Both the position numbers and the translations under genes were made by a program. Positions 19,174 through 28,900 of a stretch of DNA of 64,000 nt are shown in pieces. The DNA is taken from assembly GCA_025453395.1 (NCBI GenBank), contig JALOQK010000002.1, forward strand, positions 21,625 through 85,624, given 5' to 3'. The notes beneath the pieces were generated by a model. It saw only the letters and a list, made by a program, of their open reading frames with translations, did no database searches and was not told the origin of the DNA. Position 1 is the stretch's first letter. Every line of letters starts with the position of its first letter. This DNA comes from Candidatus Omnitrophota bacterium (GTDB lineage: Bacteria > Omnitrophota > Gorgyraeia > Gygaellales > Profunditerraquicolaceae).

Positions 19174-20733
19174 ATGCCAAAAAGGAATTTATATTTTCTA
19201 GATTGGGATTATTTTTCTTGCGTGATGATAGCGCTTTTTTTTACCATGCAAGTTGTGCGCTGGCAGATTTTGCCGCAATTCATGGATATCTATTATCATC
19301 TGCATACTGCGTGGGGTTTTTTGCAGGCAGGCGGCTATAGCGGCTGGGATTTCTGGCAGTATGCCCCATATGGCCGGGAGCATATCTATCCGCCATTTTT
19401 CCATATTATCTTAGCTATATTCATGAAACTTGGCGTAAAAGCAATGATCTTAGCCAAAGTCCTTGAAATTACCGTTACAATATTTTTCTTTCTTTCTCTA
19501 TGGTTGTTCACTAAGAGGAATTTCTCAAGCCGCGTGGGGTTTTTTAGCCTCTTGGTTAGTGTTTCTTCGTATTCTTTCTTGCCTAGCCTTACCAACCATC
19601 TGCCAGCGACTGTTGCCTTGATCTTGGGGCTTTGGGCGATGGATGCGCTTTTAAGCAAGAGGTTTATTTTAGCAATTGTTTTCTTAACCTTATGTTTTTA
19701 TACGCATATCGGTGCCTCATTCTTTATGGCCGCGGCAATTCTTATTTTTAGCTTTTTAAATAAAGGATACAGGAAAATGTCCTGGTTTATTTTATTTTCT
19801 GCTTTCATCTTAAGCCTGCCTATTTTAATTAAAGAAATACTTGTTTCCAGGCATATATCCAGCATGGGGTTTAATTTAAATGAAAGGTATAATTGTGAAA
19901 TTAAAATAATAGAATACATAATGGCTTGTTTTGGAGTATATCTTTCGTTTAAGATGAAGAATAAAAATAATCTGACCGGCTTTTGTCTTTTTGCCGCAAG
20001 CCTTATTTTTGTTTCTTATCCTTACCGGCTTTTTTCCGCGGAGGGCTATTTGGGGGTGGTCTTGCCAGCTTCTTTGGCCTTAGATTTTATATATCAGAAA
20101 ATACGCCAGGATTTTAAGATGCCAAGGATGATTTCTCTGGGCGTTATTCTAATCTTTGTCTTAATCTCTCCGTCTTTCTTGATCAGGCGCACTGTTGATA
20201 CGCGAGGGGAAACTTTTTATAGAGTAAAACCATTTAATTCTGCCCTAAGCGCTATGCTGATTCCGGCGCTTAATAAACCCGCCGGCCTTTGGTTCCCGGA
20301 ACATTATTCTTTTGCCGCGGACTGGATAAGGGCTAATTCTTCAGAAACTGATATTATTTATTGCTCTATTAACTGCGCGGGAGTTGCTTTGGCAGCTTTA
20401 TCCGGCAGGCCTACTTCAAACGCGCTTTTGCCGGAAATCGGGCCAGTTAATCCGCAGGATCCATTTTTGTTCTCAAGGGTTATTGTTTTAGCTAAAGATG
20501 AACAAGATGAATATGTCCAATATGTAAAAGAGAAGTATTCGCTGGTTAAGTCCGGGGAAGATAAACTTTTCCCTTTCTATATGAATAATAAGCCGTTGGG
20601 TAAATATTCTAAAAGGCCGGCCGCAGTCAGTTTCACGGTTATTTATCTTCTTTTATTTTTAGCTATTTTTTTATCAATAGCCTCCCGCAGGCTGGAAAGA
20701 TTTCTTAGGCAAAAATCAGGCATATTAATATGA
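19174..20733 (+). CDS. Polytopic membrane protein, possibly GT-C glycosyltransferase
   Basis: Many TM segments; D-x-YYH and YPPFFH in first loop; start set at ATG 19174 after truA stop. Confidence 0.6.
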   Translation: MPKRNLYFLDWDYFSCVMIALFFTMQVVRWQILPQFMDIYYHLHTAWGFLQAGGYSGWDFWQYAPYGREHIYPPFFHIILAIFMKLGVKAMILAKVLEITVTIFFFLSLWLFTKRNFSSRVGFFSLLVSVSSYSFLPSLTNHLPATVALILGLWAMDALLSKRFILAIVFLTLCFYTHIGASFFMAAAILIFSFLNKGYRKMSWFILFSAFILSLPILIKEILVSRHISSMGFNLNERYNCEIKIIEYIMACFGVYLSFKMKNKNNLTGFCLFAASLIFVSYPYRLFSAEGYLGVVLPASLALDFIYQKIRQDFKMPRMISLGVILIFVLISPSFLIRRTVDTRGETFYRVKPFNSALSAMLIPALNKPAGLWFPEHYSFAADWIRANSSETDIIYCSINCAGVALAALSGRPTSNALLPEIGPVNPQDPFLFSRVIVLAKDEQDEYVQYVKEKYSLVKSGEDKLFPFYMNNKPLGKYSKRPAAVSFTVIYLLLFLAIFLSIASRRLERFLRQKSGILI

Positions 20734-22592
20734 AAAAGTATGTATTGGGTATTTTCTTATCTTATGTGTTTTTATTCTCCTGCGTGGCGTATTTAAAATA
20801 CAGGGCGTTTCTTTACAATGACATTGATCTTACAGGCATGATGCTTGTTTTAAGTAACATGGCGCGGGGAAACTGGTTTTCTTCTTCTTATGGAACAGCT
20901 ACTTTGTTTGGAGGCGGGCACATCCCGCTTACCAATTCTATCTTTCATCTTTCGTTTATTAATTTTATTTTCCTGCCGTTTTACATGCTTTTTACCTCAT
21001 CTGTTTTTTTGCTTATTTTGCAGGTGTTATTTATAGGCTCTGGGATTATCGGGGTATATCTTATCGCCAAACACGTGCTTGGCGATAAGTGGGCGCTGTA
21101 CATAGCTTTGCTCTACGCGGTTTACCCCGCGGTAAATTATATTAATCTTTATGAGGCGCATTATATCGCTTTTAGCATACCGCTACTTTTGTTCATGTTT
21201 TATTTTTACCTTCAAAGCCGTTACGGCCTATTTGTTTTATTCATGTGTTTATCTTTATCTTGCAGGGAAGATGTGGCGTTGGCGGTGTTGGGCATGGGCG
21301 CATACTTATTGTTGCGTTCCACGAAAAAAAACGGCCCGCCTCTGAAGTGGGCGGCAACTGCTTTCAGCATAACAGCGGTTTTTATTTCCGCGTTCTTCTG
21401 GGCGGAGCATTCTTCTAAGAATGCCTTATCGTGCAATCCGGCAATGGTTAATTTTAGCTCAGCGTCTTTTTATAACTGGATGGGGGATTCTTGGCGGGAA
21501 GTGTTCAATAATTTCTCTACCCGTTCGGGTTATATCTTTGAGAATATTTTTACCGCGCATAAAATTAAATACTTGATGCAGCTTTTTTCTCCCTGTTTAT
21601 TTATTTGTTTCTTGGATGTTTCTTTTATCATGGTTTTAGCCGGGCTCCCTCAAGTTTTGCTTTCAAGCTGGCAGTTTCACTCTGACATACATTATCAGCA
21701 TGCTTCAATTGTGGTACCGTTTATTTTTATTTCTTTTATTTTTGGCATAAATAAGATTATAAATTTACGGATAAATATTCTGATCAAGAAAGCGGTTTTT
21801 TTCTTTGTGGTAGTAATAGGGGTGGGGCTGGCTTTATATATTGGCCCGTTGCCTATGTTATTATCTGGCCTGGCGGATTTGCGAAAAGCAGCTTTTTCTG
21901 ATTATTCCCGGATAAAAGAATCATTGGTTAAGCTTGTCCCGGATGAAGAGCCGTTAATCAGCACCTTTTCTTTATCCAATCATCTTATAAAGCGCAGTGT
22001 TTTAGTCCCGTTTCACACCTTTACCTACAAAAAAGCTTTAGCTTATATTCCGAAAGCTCAAGAATGTACCGCAGCTATAGTAGATTTTGAGGATGCCTTG
22101 ACGTTTCACCCTGTTTTTTATAATGCCGCGAAAGGTCTTTTTAAAAAGTGTTTCTTTGTCCAGTCCAAAGACTGGGGACTTGTGCAGAGTATAAATAATA
22201 TCGCTGTCTACAGGAAAGGGGTTTCGGGCGGCGGCGGGTTAGTAGAGATTTTAGGCCTTAAGCCGGAATTTAAAGACCCCGCAAACGGTGATCTAAGGGT
22301 GCTGAAGTATGATGTTTCTAAGGTTGTGATCGCGGGTTTTCCTTGCCTTAAAGTAAGCTTTGACCTTCTTAAGAACCGCAATACAGACTTAGATTACCTG
22401 CCCGGGCTTCAAATTGTGAATAAGAAATGCGAAGAATTCAGATTTTACTTTATTGCTTCTCACAGATTGTATCCTTTCCGCGGTTACAAGGATGGGCAGC
22501 TTGTCAGGACCAGGGCCAACGTTTTTGTGCCGGCAGGCTTTAGGGATCCTGATGCCAGAATCAACCTTTTTTTTGAGAAAATTAATCATTAA
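20730..22592 (+). CDS. DUF2079-like polytopic membrane protein (GT-C-like)
   Basis: DIDL, YEAH, CREDV, YQH motifs among many TM helices. Confidence 0.65.
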   Translation: MKKYVLGIFLSYVFLFSCVAYLKYRAFLYNDIDLTGMMLVLSNMARGNWFSSSYGTATLFGGGHIPLTNSIFHLSFINFIFLPFYMLFTSSVFLLILQVLFIGSGIIGVYLIAKHVLGDKWALYIALLYAVYPAVNYINLYEAHYIAFSIPLLLFMFYFYLQSRYGLFVLFMCLSLSCREDVALAVLGMGAYLLLRSTKKNGPPLKWAATAFSITAVFISAFFWAEHSSKNALSCNPAMVNFSSASFYNWMGDSWREVFNNFSTRSGYIFENIFTAHKIKYLMQLFSPCLFICFLDVSFIMVLAGLPQVLLSSWQFHSDIHYQHASIVVPFIFISFIFGINKIINLRINILIKKAVFFFVVVIGVGLALYIGPLPMLLSGLADLRKAAFSDYSRIKESLVKLVPDEEPLISTFSLSNHLIKRSVLVPFHTFTYKKALAYIPKAQECTAAIVDFEDALTFHPVFYNAAKGLFKKCFFVQSKDWGLVQSINNIAVYRKGVSGGGGLVEILGLKPEFKDPANGDLRVLKYDVSKVVIAGFPCLKVSFDLLKNRNTDLDYLPGLQIVNKKCEEFRFYFIASHRLYPFRGYKDGQLVRTRANVFVPAGFRDPDARINLFFEKINH

Positions 22593-22598
22593 AAATAT

Positions 22599-22626
22599 TT
22601 GACTAAATACAAAAATATGATATACT
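22599..22626 (+). promoter_or_regulatory. Sigma70-type promoter for rplM-rpsI
   Basis: TTGACT-16nt-TATACT with extended -10 TG. Confidence 0.6.
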
Positions 22627-22681
22627 TATCCTTTCCATAAAACAGGTATGTAAAGAGGGTATGAAAGAGCAGGGGATTAAA

Positions 22682-23116
22682 ATGTTGAAGACTTATATGG
22701 CAAAGAAGCAGGAAGTTAAGAGAAAATGGTATCTTATAGACGCCAAGGATAAGATCTTGGGCCGGGTAGCGACCAAGGCTGCCACTATTCTAAGGGGCAA
22801 GCATAAAACTATTTATACCCCCCATGTTGATACAGGCGATTATGTGATTATTACCAACGCATCTTTAGTTAAGGTAACCGGCCGCAAGATGAGCGATAAG
22901 ATCTACCGCAGGTATTCCGGCTATCCGGGAGGCTTAAGAGAGGTTACATTGGATACAATGTTAACCAAAAGGCCTGCCACGGTAATGCAGTTAGCGGTTC
23001 AACGCATGCTTCCGGCAGGATCATTGGCTAAGCAGATGGTCAAAAAGCTTAAAATTTATGCTGATGGTAAGCATGCTTTTGAAGGCCAGAAAATAGAAGT
23101 TTTGGAGGTTAAATAA
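22682..23116 (+). CDS. rplM: 50S ribosomal protein L13
   Basis: [22 protein letters not shown]; start 22682 or 22661. Confidence 0.96.
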   Translation: MLKTYMAKKQEVKRKWYLIDAKDKILGRVATKAATILRGKHKTIYTPHVDTGDYVIITNASLVKVTGRKMSDKIYRRYSGYPGGLREVTLDTMLTKRPATVMQLAVQRMLPAGSLAKQMVKKLKIYADGKHAFEGQKIEVLEVK

Positions 23117-23118
23117 GC

Positions 23119-23514
23119 ATGGAACAGAAAGAAAAATATCCCGCAACAGGAAGAAGAAAAGAAGCAACCGCCAGGGTCCAGCTTATTCCGGGCAAGGGCT
23201 TGATCAGGGTGAATAAAAGGGCTTTTGAAGATTATTTTAAGCGTGAGACTGACAGGATCATCGTGCAGCAGCCGCTTACCACAACCAATACCTTCAGTAA
23301 ATACGATGTGTTGGCTAATATAGCCGGCGGTGGCTTAACCGGGCAGGCAGGGGCTTTAAGGCATGCTATTTCAAGGGCGCTTCTTTTGGTTGAGCCGTCA
23401 TTAAAGGAATTATTAAGGAAAAGCGGATTTTTAACCCGCGACCCGCGCATGAAGGAAAGAAAGAAATACGGGCAGAAAGGGGCACGCAAGCGCTTCCAGT
23501 GGACTAAACGTTAA
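23119..23514 (+). CDS. rpsI: 30S ribosomal protein S9
   Basis: [31 protein letters not shown]. Confidence 0.97.
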   Translation: MEQKEKYPATGRRKEATARVQLIPGKGLIRVNKRAFEDYFKRETDRIIVQQPLTTTNTFSKYDVLANIAGGGLTGQAGALRHAISRALLLVEPSLKELLRKSGFLTRDPRMKERKKYGQKGARKRFQWTKR

Positions 23515-23534
23515 AGAAACATCGCTTTTATATG

Positions 23535-23572
23535 ATCCCGCCAGGCCTTCAGTGCCCGGCGGGATTTTTTTT
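23535..23572 (+). terminator. Intrinsic terminator after rpsI
   Basis: ATCCCGCCAGGC-loop-GCCCGGCGGGAT followed by T-run. Confidence 0.8.
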
Positions 23573-23593
23573 ATTCTACGACGGATAAAATGC

Positions 23594-23622
23594 TTGACGC
23601 ATAGTTATTTTTGCCTTATTAT
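23594..23622 (+). promoter_or_regulatory. Putative promoter for arg operon
   Basis: TTGACG-17nt-TATTAT upstream of argC. Confidence 0.5.
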
Positions 23623-23660
23623 GTTAGCATTATCGACTAAGAAGAGAAAGGTTTTACAAT

Positions 23661-24686
23661 ATGATCAATGCCGGAATTGTCGGGGCAAGCGGTTATACCG
23701 GAGAAACCCTTTTAGGTATTCTTCTGAAGCACCCCTTTGTGCGCTTAAGTTATCTTTCCCGGGGCCAGGATAAAGAACAGAAGATATCTGAGCTGTTTCC
23801 TAAATTTGAGAAAATAAGCGGCCTCTCCTGCGGGCCGACGGATATCAAGCAAATAAAAGAAAAATGCGATGTGGTTTTCTTGGCTATGCCGCATACCGCT
23901 TCCATGAGCCTGGTGCCGAAGCTTATTTCTTGCGGCAAAAAGGTCATAGATTTAAGCGCGGATTATCGCATAACCGATTATAGGCTTTACGAGAAATCTT
24001 ATCAGGTTAAGCATACGGATAAGGCCAATTTAAAGCAGGCAGTTTACGGACTGCCGGAGCTTTATCGCAATAAAATAAAAACCGCCAGTTTAATCGCCAA
24101 CCCCGGATGTTATCCCACAGCGGCAGTTTTGGCATTAGCGCCGCTTTTGGGCCTTGGGGTTATAGAAAAAGACAATATTATTATAGACGCTAAGTCCGGG
24201 ATAAGCGGCGCAGGGAAGAAAATGTCGGAGGGATTTTTGTTTAACGAGGCCAATGAGGATTTTAAGGCCTATAAGGTAAACAGCCATCAGCATGCTCCGG
24301 AGATAAATCAGATCTTGTCACGGCTGACAGGCAGGAAGACAGAAATTATTTTTGTGCCGCATCTTTTGCCTTTGTATAGGGGGATATTGGAAACTATATA
24401 TGTAAAGAGGTCGGAAGTCAGAGGTCGGAAGTCAAAAGGCAATATAATCGAGTTGTATAAGAAATTCTATAAGGATGAGCCGTTTGTCAGGATTAAGAAG
24501 GACGCGGAATTCCCGCGCCTAAAAGATGTGCAGGGGACAAATTTCTGCGATATCGGGATAAAGGATTGCGGAAGTAATATTATTATTATTTCTGCTATTG
24601 ATAACCTGATCAAGGGGGCTTCTGGACAGGCAGTGCAGAATATGAATATTATGTATAACTTTCCTCAAGAGACCGCGCTTCTATGA
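23661..24686 (+). CDS. argC: N-acetyl-gamma-glutamyl-phosphate reductase
   Basis: GASGYTG, DLSADYR, ANPGCYPT, DNLIKGASGQA. Confidence 0.96.
   Translation: MINAGIVGASGYTGETLLGILLKHPFVRLSYLSRGQDKEQKISELFPKFEKISGLSCGPTDIKQIKEKCDVVFLAMPHTASMSLVPKLISCGKKVIDLSADYRITDYRLYEKSYQVKHTDKANLKQAVYGLPELYRNKIKTASLIANPGCYPTAAVLALAPLLGLGVIEKDNIIIDAKSGISGAGKKMSEGFLFNEANEDFKAYKVNSHQHAPEINQILSRLTGRKTEIIFVPHLLPLYRGILETIYVKRSEVRGRKSKGNIIELYKKFYKDEPFVRIKKDAEFPRLKDVQGTNFCDIGIKDCGSNIIIISAIDNLIKGASGQAVQNMNIMYNFPQETALL
24407..24440 (+). repeat. Heptamer array in frame inside argC
   Basis: GAGGTCG GAAGTCA GAGGTCG GAAGTCA AAAGGC encodes RSEVRGRKSKG. Confidence 0.8.
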
Positions 24687-25822
24687 TAAAGTTTTATTCA
24701 AAAGCTATTCTTCCGGCTGGATTCAAGGCCAATGCTGTTTCTTGCGGGCTGAAGAAAAGCGGCAAGCCGGATTTGGCTTTTTTCTATTCCAATGTTCCGG
24801 CAAAGGCAAGCTGTGTGTTTACCTCTAATACCCTAGCGGCAGCGCCAGTTATTTTATCCCGTAGGTTTCTTAAAGAAAATAAGTCTGGCTATTATGGGAT
24901 CATTGTTAATAGCGGCAATGCCAATTGTTTTACCGGTAAAAACGGCATGCAGGATGCCTTGAACATGGCCTCTTATTCTGCGCAGAATTTGGGGGTAGAT
25001 AAAGAAAGTGTCCTTGTTGCTTCTACCGGTATTATTGGCAAGAGACTTGATATTGCTAAAATCAAAAAGGCGCTGCCTAATTTAATTGGCGGCTTATCGC
25101 TTCGCGGCATGGATTTTGCCAAGAAGGCGATTATGACTACTGATACTTTTGCCAAAGAGGTTACCGCGGTAATAAATATTGGCAAAGAAAAGGTTGCTAT
25201 CTGTGCAATAGCCAAAGGCGCGGGGATGATCGCTCCGGACATGGCGACGATGCTCTGTTTTATTTTTACTGACGCGGATATCAAACAAAAAACATTGGAT
25301 AAAAGCTTGGCGCGTGCTATAGAGAAATCTTTTAATTGTATAAGCGTTGATGGGTGCATGAGCACGAATGACAGCGTTATGGTTTTGGCTAATGGTTGTT
25401 CTTGTAGAGTAGATAAAAATAAGAGATCATTGGAGTTATTTAGCCAAGCGCTGGATAAGGTATGCCTGGAATTAGCCAAGATGATTGTCAAAGACGGCGA
25501 AGGGGCAACTAAATTCATTCAGATTGATGTAACAGGCGCATCCTCGGGAAAAGAAGCAAAGGTCGCAGCTTTAGCGATTGCTAATTCCGCGTTATTTAAA
25601 ACCGCGATGTATGGGTGTAATCCTAATTTTGGCAGGGTTGTATCTGCGGTTGGTTCTTGCGGGATAAAAGTTGATGAAGCTAAGTTGCAAGTTAAGTTAA
25701 GCCCGCTTGATCAAAAGAATATCAAGGTGTCAGTTGATTTAGGAAAAGGCAAGGCAAAAAGCACTGTTTATACCTGCGATATGACGCCTGCTTATGTTAG
25801 AATAAACGCAGAATATAATTAA
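24683..25822 (+). CDS. argJ: Ornithine acetyltransferase ArgJ
   Basis: NSGNAN, IMTTDT, KGAGMIAPDMATML, STND, DGEGATK. Confidence 0.96.
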   Translation: MIKFYSKAILPAGFKANAVSCGLKKSGKPDLAFFYSNVPAKASCVFTSNTLAAAPVILSRRFLKENKSGYYGIIVNSGNANCFTGKNGMQDALNMASYSAQNLGVDKESVLVASTGIIGKRLDIAKIKKALPNLIGGLSLRGMDFAKKAIMTTDTFAKEVTAVINIGKEKVAICAIAKGAGMIAPDMATMLCFIFTDADIKQKTLDKSLARAIEKSFNCISVDGCMSTNDSVMVLANGCSCRVDKNKRSLELFSQALDKVCLELAKMIVKDGEGATKFIQIDVTGASSGKEAKVAALAIANSALFKTAMYGCNPNFGRVVSAVGSCGIKVDEAKLQVKLSPLDQKNIKVSVDLGKGKAKSTVYTCDMTPAYVRINAEYN

Positions 25823-25837
25823 TCGGAAAGGGATATT

Positions 25838-26692
25838 ATGGAAGAAGCAATTAGAAAGGCGCATGTTTTAATCGAGGCATTGCCATATATCAAGAGGTTC
25901 CATAAGAAAACCATAGTGATAAAATACGGCGGCAGTATTTTAGGCGATGATAAGATCCGCCACGCAGTATTGGAAGATATAGTTTTTTTGAATTTTATGG
26001 GCTTGCGCCCGGTTTTAGTGCATGGCGGCGGGCCAAATATAAGCGAGCGCATGCGTTCTACCGGGAAGAAAGCGGAATTTGTAGAAGGTATGCGCGTAAC
26101 TGATAAAGAAACCCTTGAAGTCGTGGAAGAAGAATTGCGCAAGCTAAACGATATGATCGTTGAGGAAATAATCGCTATGGAGGCAAAGGCTGTAGGCTTA
26201 AACGGCAAGAATGATATTATACAGGCGGTGAAGAAACAGGCGGCAGTGGATTTAGGTTTTGTCGGAGATATTAAATCCGTAAACCCGGAACATATTTTAG
26301 ATGCTTTGCGTTCTGATAAAATCCCGGTTATTTTGCCCATGGGCAAAGGAAGCGATAAGCATACCTATAATATCAATGCTGATGAAACCGCATCCCAGGT
26401 AGCCTGTTTTCTTAAGGCGGAGAAACTGGTGCTTTTAACTAACGTCAAAGGCATTATGCGTAATTCCGAAGACGCGCATTCTTTTATCTCCACAATTACT
26501 ACCCGCGAGGTTGAGGGTTTGATAAAAGAAAATATCATCCAGCAGGGCATGATACCTAAGGTCAATGCCTGTATCCAGGCATTGCAAGCAGGGGTTAAGA
26601 AGACGCATATTATTGACGCCAGGACCCAGCATGCATTGTTGCTTGAAATCTTCACTGATCAGGGCATTGGAACAGAAATAATACAGGAGTAA
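25838..26692 (+). CDS. argB: Acetylglutamate kinase
   Basis: EALPYI, IKYGG, VHGGG, NINAD, GMIPK. Confidence 0.96.
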   Translation: MEEAIRKAHVLIEALPYIKRFHKKTIVIKYGGSILGDDKIRHAVLEDIVFLNFMGLRPVLVHGGGPNISERMRSTGKKAEFVEGMRVTDKETLEVVEEELRKLNDMIVEEIIAMEAKAVGLNGKNDIIQAVKKQAAVDLGFVGDIKSVNPEHILDALRSDKIPVILPMGKGSDKHTYNINADETASQVACFLKAEKLVLLTNVKGIMRNSEDAHSFISTITTREVEGLIKENIIQQGMIPKVNACIQALQAGVKKTHIIDARTQHALLLEIFTDQGIGTEIIQE

Positions 26693-26693
26693 T

Positions 26694-27875
26694 ATGAAGT
26701 TAGAGGAAGTATTTCAATCTTACAGCGATTTTATAATGCCTACTTACGCTAAAACCCCGCTTGTCTTTGTCAAGGGCAAGGGCAGTTTTCTTTGGGATAT
26801 CCATAGCAAGAAATATTTGGATTTTTTCCCGGGATGGGGCGTAGGAAGCATGGGCCATTGCCATGCTAAGGTGGTGCAGGCGATAAGGGAGCAGGCCGCG
26901 AAACTTATTTTTGTGCCTAATAATTATTATACCCTGGCGCAGGCAAAGTTAGCAAAAAAACTTGTTAGTTTAGCCTTTCCCTCTAAAGTATTTTTCTGCA
27001 ATTCTGGGGCTGAAGCCAATGAAGCCGCGATAAAGTTTAGCCGTAAGTTCGGCAATGGAAGATATGAGATCATAACCTTTCAGGATTCTTTCCACGGGCG
27101 CACCGCTGGGGCATTGGCTGCCACGGGCCAGAAAAAATATCAAGAAGGTTTTCAGCCGCTTTTATCAGGCTTTAAGCTGGCGCAGTTTAATAATTTAGAT
27201 TCGGTGAAATCTCTGATTAATCCCGATACGGTTGCGATTATGTTGGAGCTTATCCAGGGAGAGGGCGGAGTTAACGTTGCCGGTTTAGATTTTATCAAGG
27301 CCTTAAGGGAAATTTGCGACCAGAATAAGCTTCTTTTGATCGTGGACGAAGTGCAAACTGGGATTGGCAGGACGGGGAAGTTTTTTGCTTATCAGCATTA
27401 TGGGATAATCCCTGATATAATTACTTTAGCCAAGGCCTTAGGCGCAGGTTTGCCGATAGGGGCTATGTTAGTCAAAAAAGAAATTGCTGATATATTAACA
27501 TCCGGAACACACGCTTCTACTTTTGGCGGGGGTGCGGTAGTTTGCGCCTCAAGCCTGGCGGTTTTAAAGGCCATGCGCGATGAAGATATTCTTAGTAATG
27601 TGCGTGATGCAGGGGAATATCTTTTTGAGATGGCTTTTAAGTTAAAGGAAAAATATAATATTATCCAAGATGTCAGAGGCAGGGGATTGATGCTAGGCAT
27701 ACAGCTTAAATGCCCGGGTAAGGATATTGTTGCAAAATGCATGCAGAAGGGGCTTCTTATTAATTGCACGCATGATACAGTATTACGGTTAATGCCGGCC
27801 CTTAATGTTACCAAGAAACAGATAGGCCAGGGGATGAGAATATTAGAAGACGTAATTAAGAAAGCGAAAAGTTAA
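26694..27875 (+). CDS. argD: Acetylornithine aminotransferase
   Basis: NSGAEANE, SFHGRT, DEVQTG, AKALG, HASTFGG. Confidence 0.93.
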   Translation: MKLEEVFQSYSDFIMPTYAKTPLVFVKGKGSFLWDIHSKKYLDFFPGWGVGSMGHCHAKVVQAIREQAAKLIFVPNNYYTLAQAKLAKKLVSLAFPSKVFFCNSGAEANEAAIKFSRKFGNGRYEIITFQDSFHGRTAGALAATGQKKYQEGFQPLLSGFKLAQFNNLDSVKSLINPDTVAIMLELIQGEGGVNVAGLDFIKALREICDQNKLLLIVDEVQTGIGRTGKFFAYQHYGIIPDIITLAKALGAGLPIGAMLVKKEIADILTSGTHASTFGGGAVVCASSLAVLKAMRDEDILSNVRDAGEYLFEMAFKLKEKYNIIQDVRGRGLMLGIQLKCPGKDIVAKCMQKGLLINCTHDTVLRLMPALNVTKKQIGQGMRILEDVIKKAKS

Positions 27876-27897
27876 AAGCGTAAAGCGAAAAGCGAAA
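27861..27897. repeat. Heptamer array (AAAGCGA) spanning the argD stop
   Basis: AAAGCGA AAAGTTA AAAGCGT AAAGCGA AAAGCGA. Confidence 0.82.
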
Positions 27898-27923
27898 AAA
27901 TAAAACAAATACGAGGCAAAGAC

Positions 27924-28844
27924 ATGAAAAAAGATTTAATTTCCATAAAAGATTTATCATCTGCAGAGATAAATCAGCTTTTTGATTTGACTGCGCAATT
28001 AAAAAGGAACAAGAATAAATTCTCTCGGGTTTTAAGCGGAAAGACTTTGGCCCTGATTTTCCAAAAGCCCTCAAACCGCACGCGGGTTTCTTTTGAAGTG
28101 GGGATGTATCAGCTGGGAGGAAATTCCATATATTTATCCCCGGGAGAGATAAACCTTGGGGTCAGGGAATCTATCCCGGATGCGGCTAAAACTCTTTCCC
28201 GTTATGTGGATGGGATTGTTTTAAGGACTTTTGCGCATAAAAACGTGATTGAATTGGCTAAATATGCGGATATCCCTGTAATAAACGGTTTATCGGATTT
28301 TTCTCATCCCTGCCAGGCGCTGGCGGATATCTATACGGTTGTTGAGAAATTAGAAAATGTGAAGGGAAAAACCTTAGCTTATGTGGGCGACGGAAACAAT
28401 GTTTGTAATTCGCTTTTATTTATTTGCGCCAAGACCGGCATGAACATTAATGTTGCTGCGCCTGTTGGCTATAAGCCTGATAGAGCGGTGGTGGAGCAAG
28501 CAGAAAATATCGCCCTGCCCAATAAAAGCAAAGTTAGCATTTTTAGCGATCCCTTAAAGGCTGTTAAGGGCTCGGATGTTATTTATACCGATGTTTGGAC
28601 CAGCATGGGGCAGGAAAAAGAGGCCTTAAACAGGCTCAAGGCTTTTAAAGGCTTTCAGATTAATCAGCGGCTTTTGGCGCATGCCAAGAAGGGTGTCCTT
28701 GTTATGCATTGCCTGCCCGCGCACAGAGGCGAGGAAATTACCGGAGAAGTTATGGACAGCAAAAATTCAGTAGTTTTTGATCAGGCGGAAAACCGCATGC
28801 ACGTGCAGAAAGCAGTGTTGATTAAACTGTTAAAACAGCTGTAA
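27924..28844 (+). CDS. argF: Ornithine carbamoyltransferase
   Basis: SNRTR, HPCQ, SMG, HCLP, AENR. Confidence 0.96.
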   Translation: MKKDLISIKDLSSAEINQLFDLTAQLKRNKNKFSRVLSGKTLALIFQKPSNRTRVSFEVGMYQLGGNSIYLSPGEINLGVRESIPDAAKTLSRYVDGIVLRTFAHKNVIELAKYADIPVINGLSDFSHPCQALADIYTVVEKLENVKGKTLAYVGDGNNVCNSLLFICAKTGMNINVAAPVGYKPDRAVVEQAENIALPNKSKVSIFSDPLKAVKGSDVIYTDVWTSMGQEKEALNRLKAFKGFQINQRLLAHAKKGVLVMHCLPAHRGEEITGEVMDSKNSVVFDQAENRMHVQKAVLIKLLKQL

Positions 28845-28890
28845 GCTGTAAGCTATAAGCTGTAAGCTGAAGACTGATAGCTGACAGCTG
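28836..28890. repeat. Heptamer array (AAGCTGT/TAGCTGA) spanning the argF stop
   Basis: CAGCTGT AAGCTGT AAGCTAT AAGCTGT AAGCTGA AGACTGA TAGCTGA CAGCTG. Confidence 0.88.
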
Positions 28891-28900
28891 GAAAGGTCTT

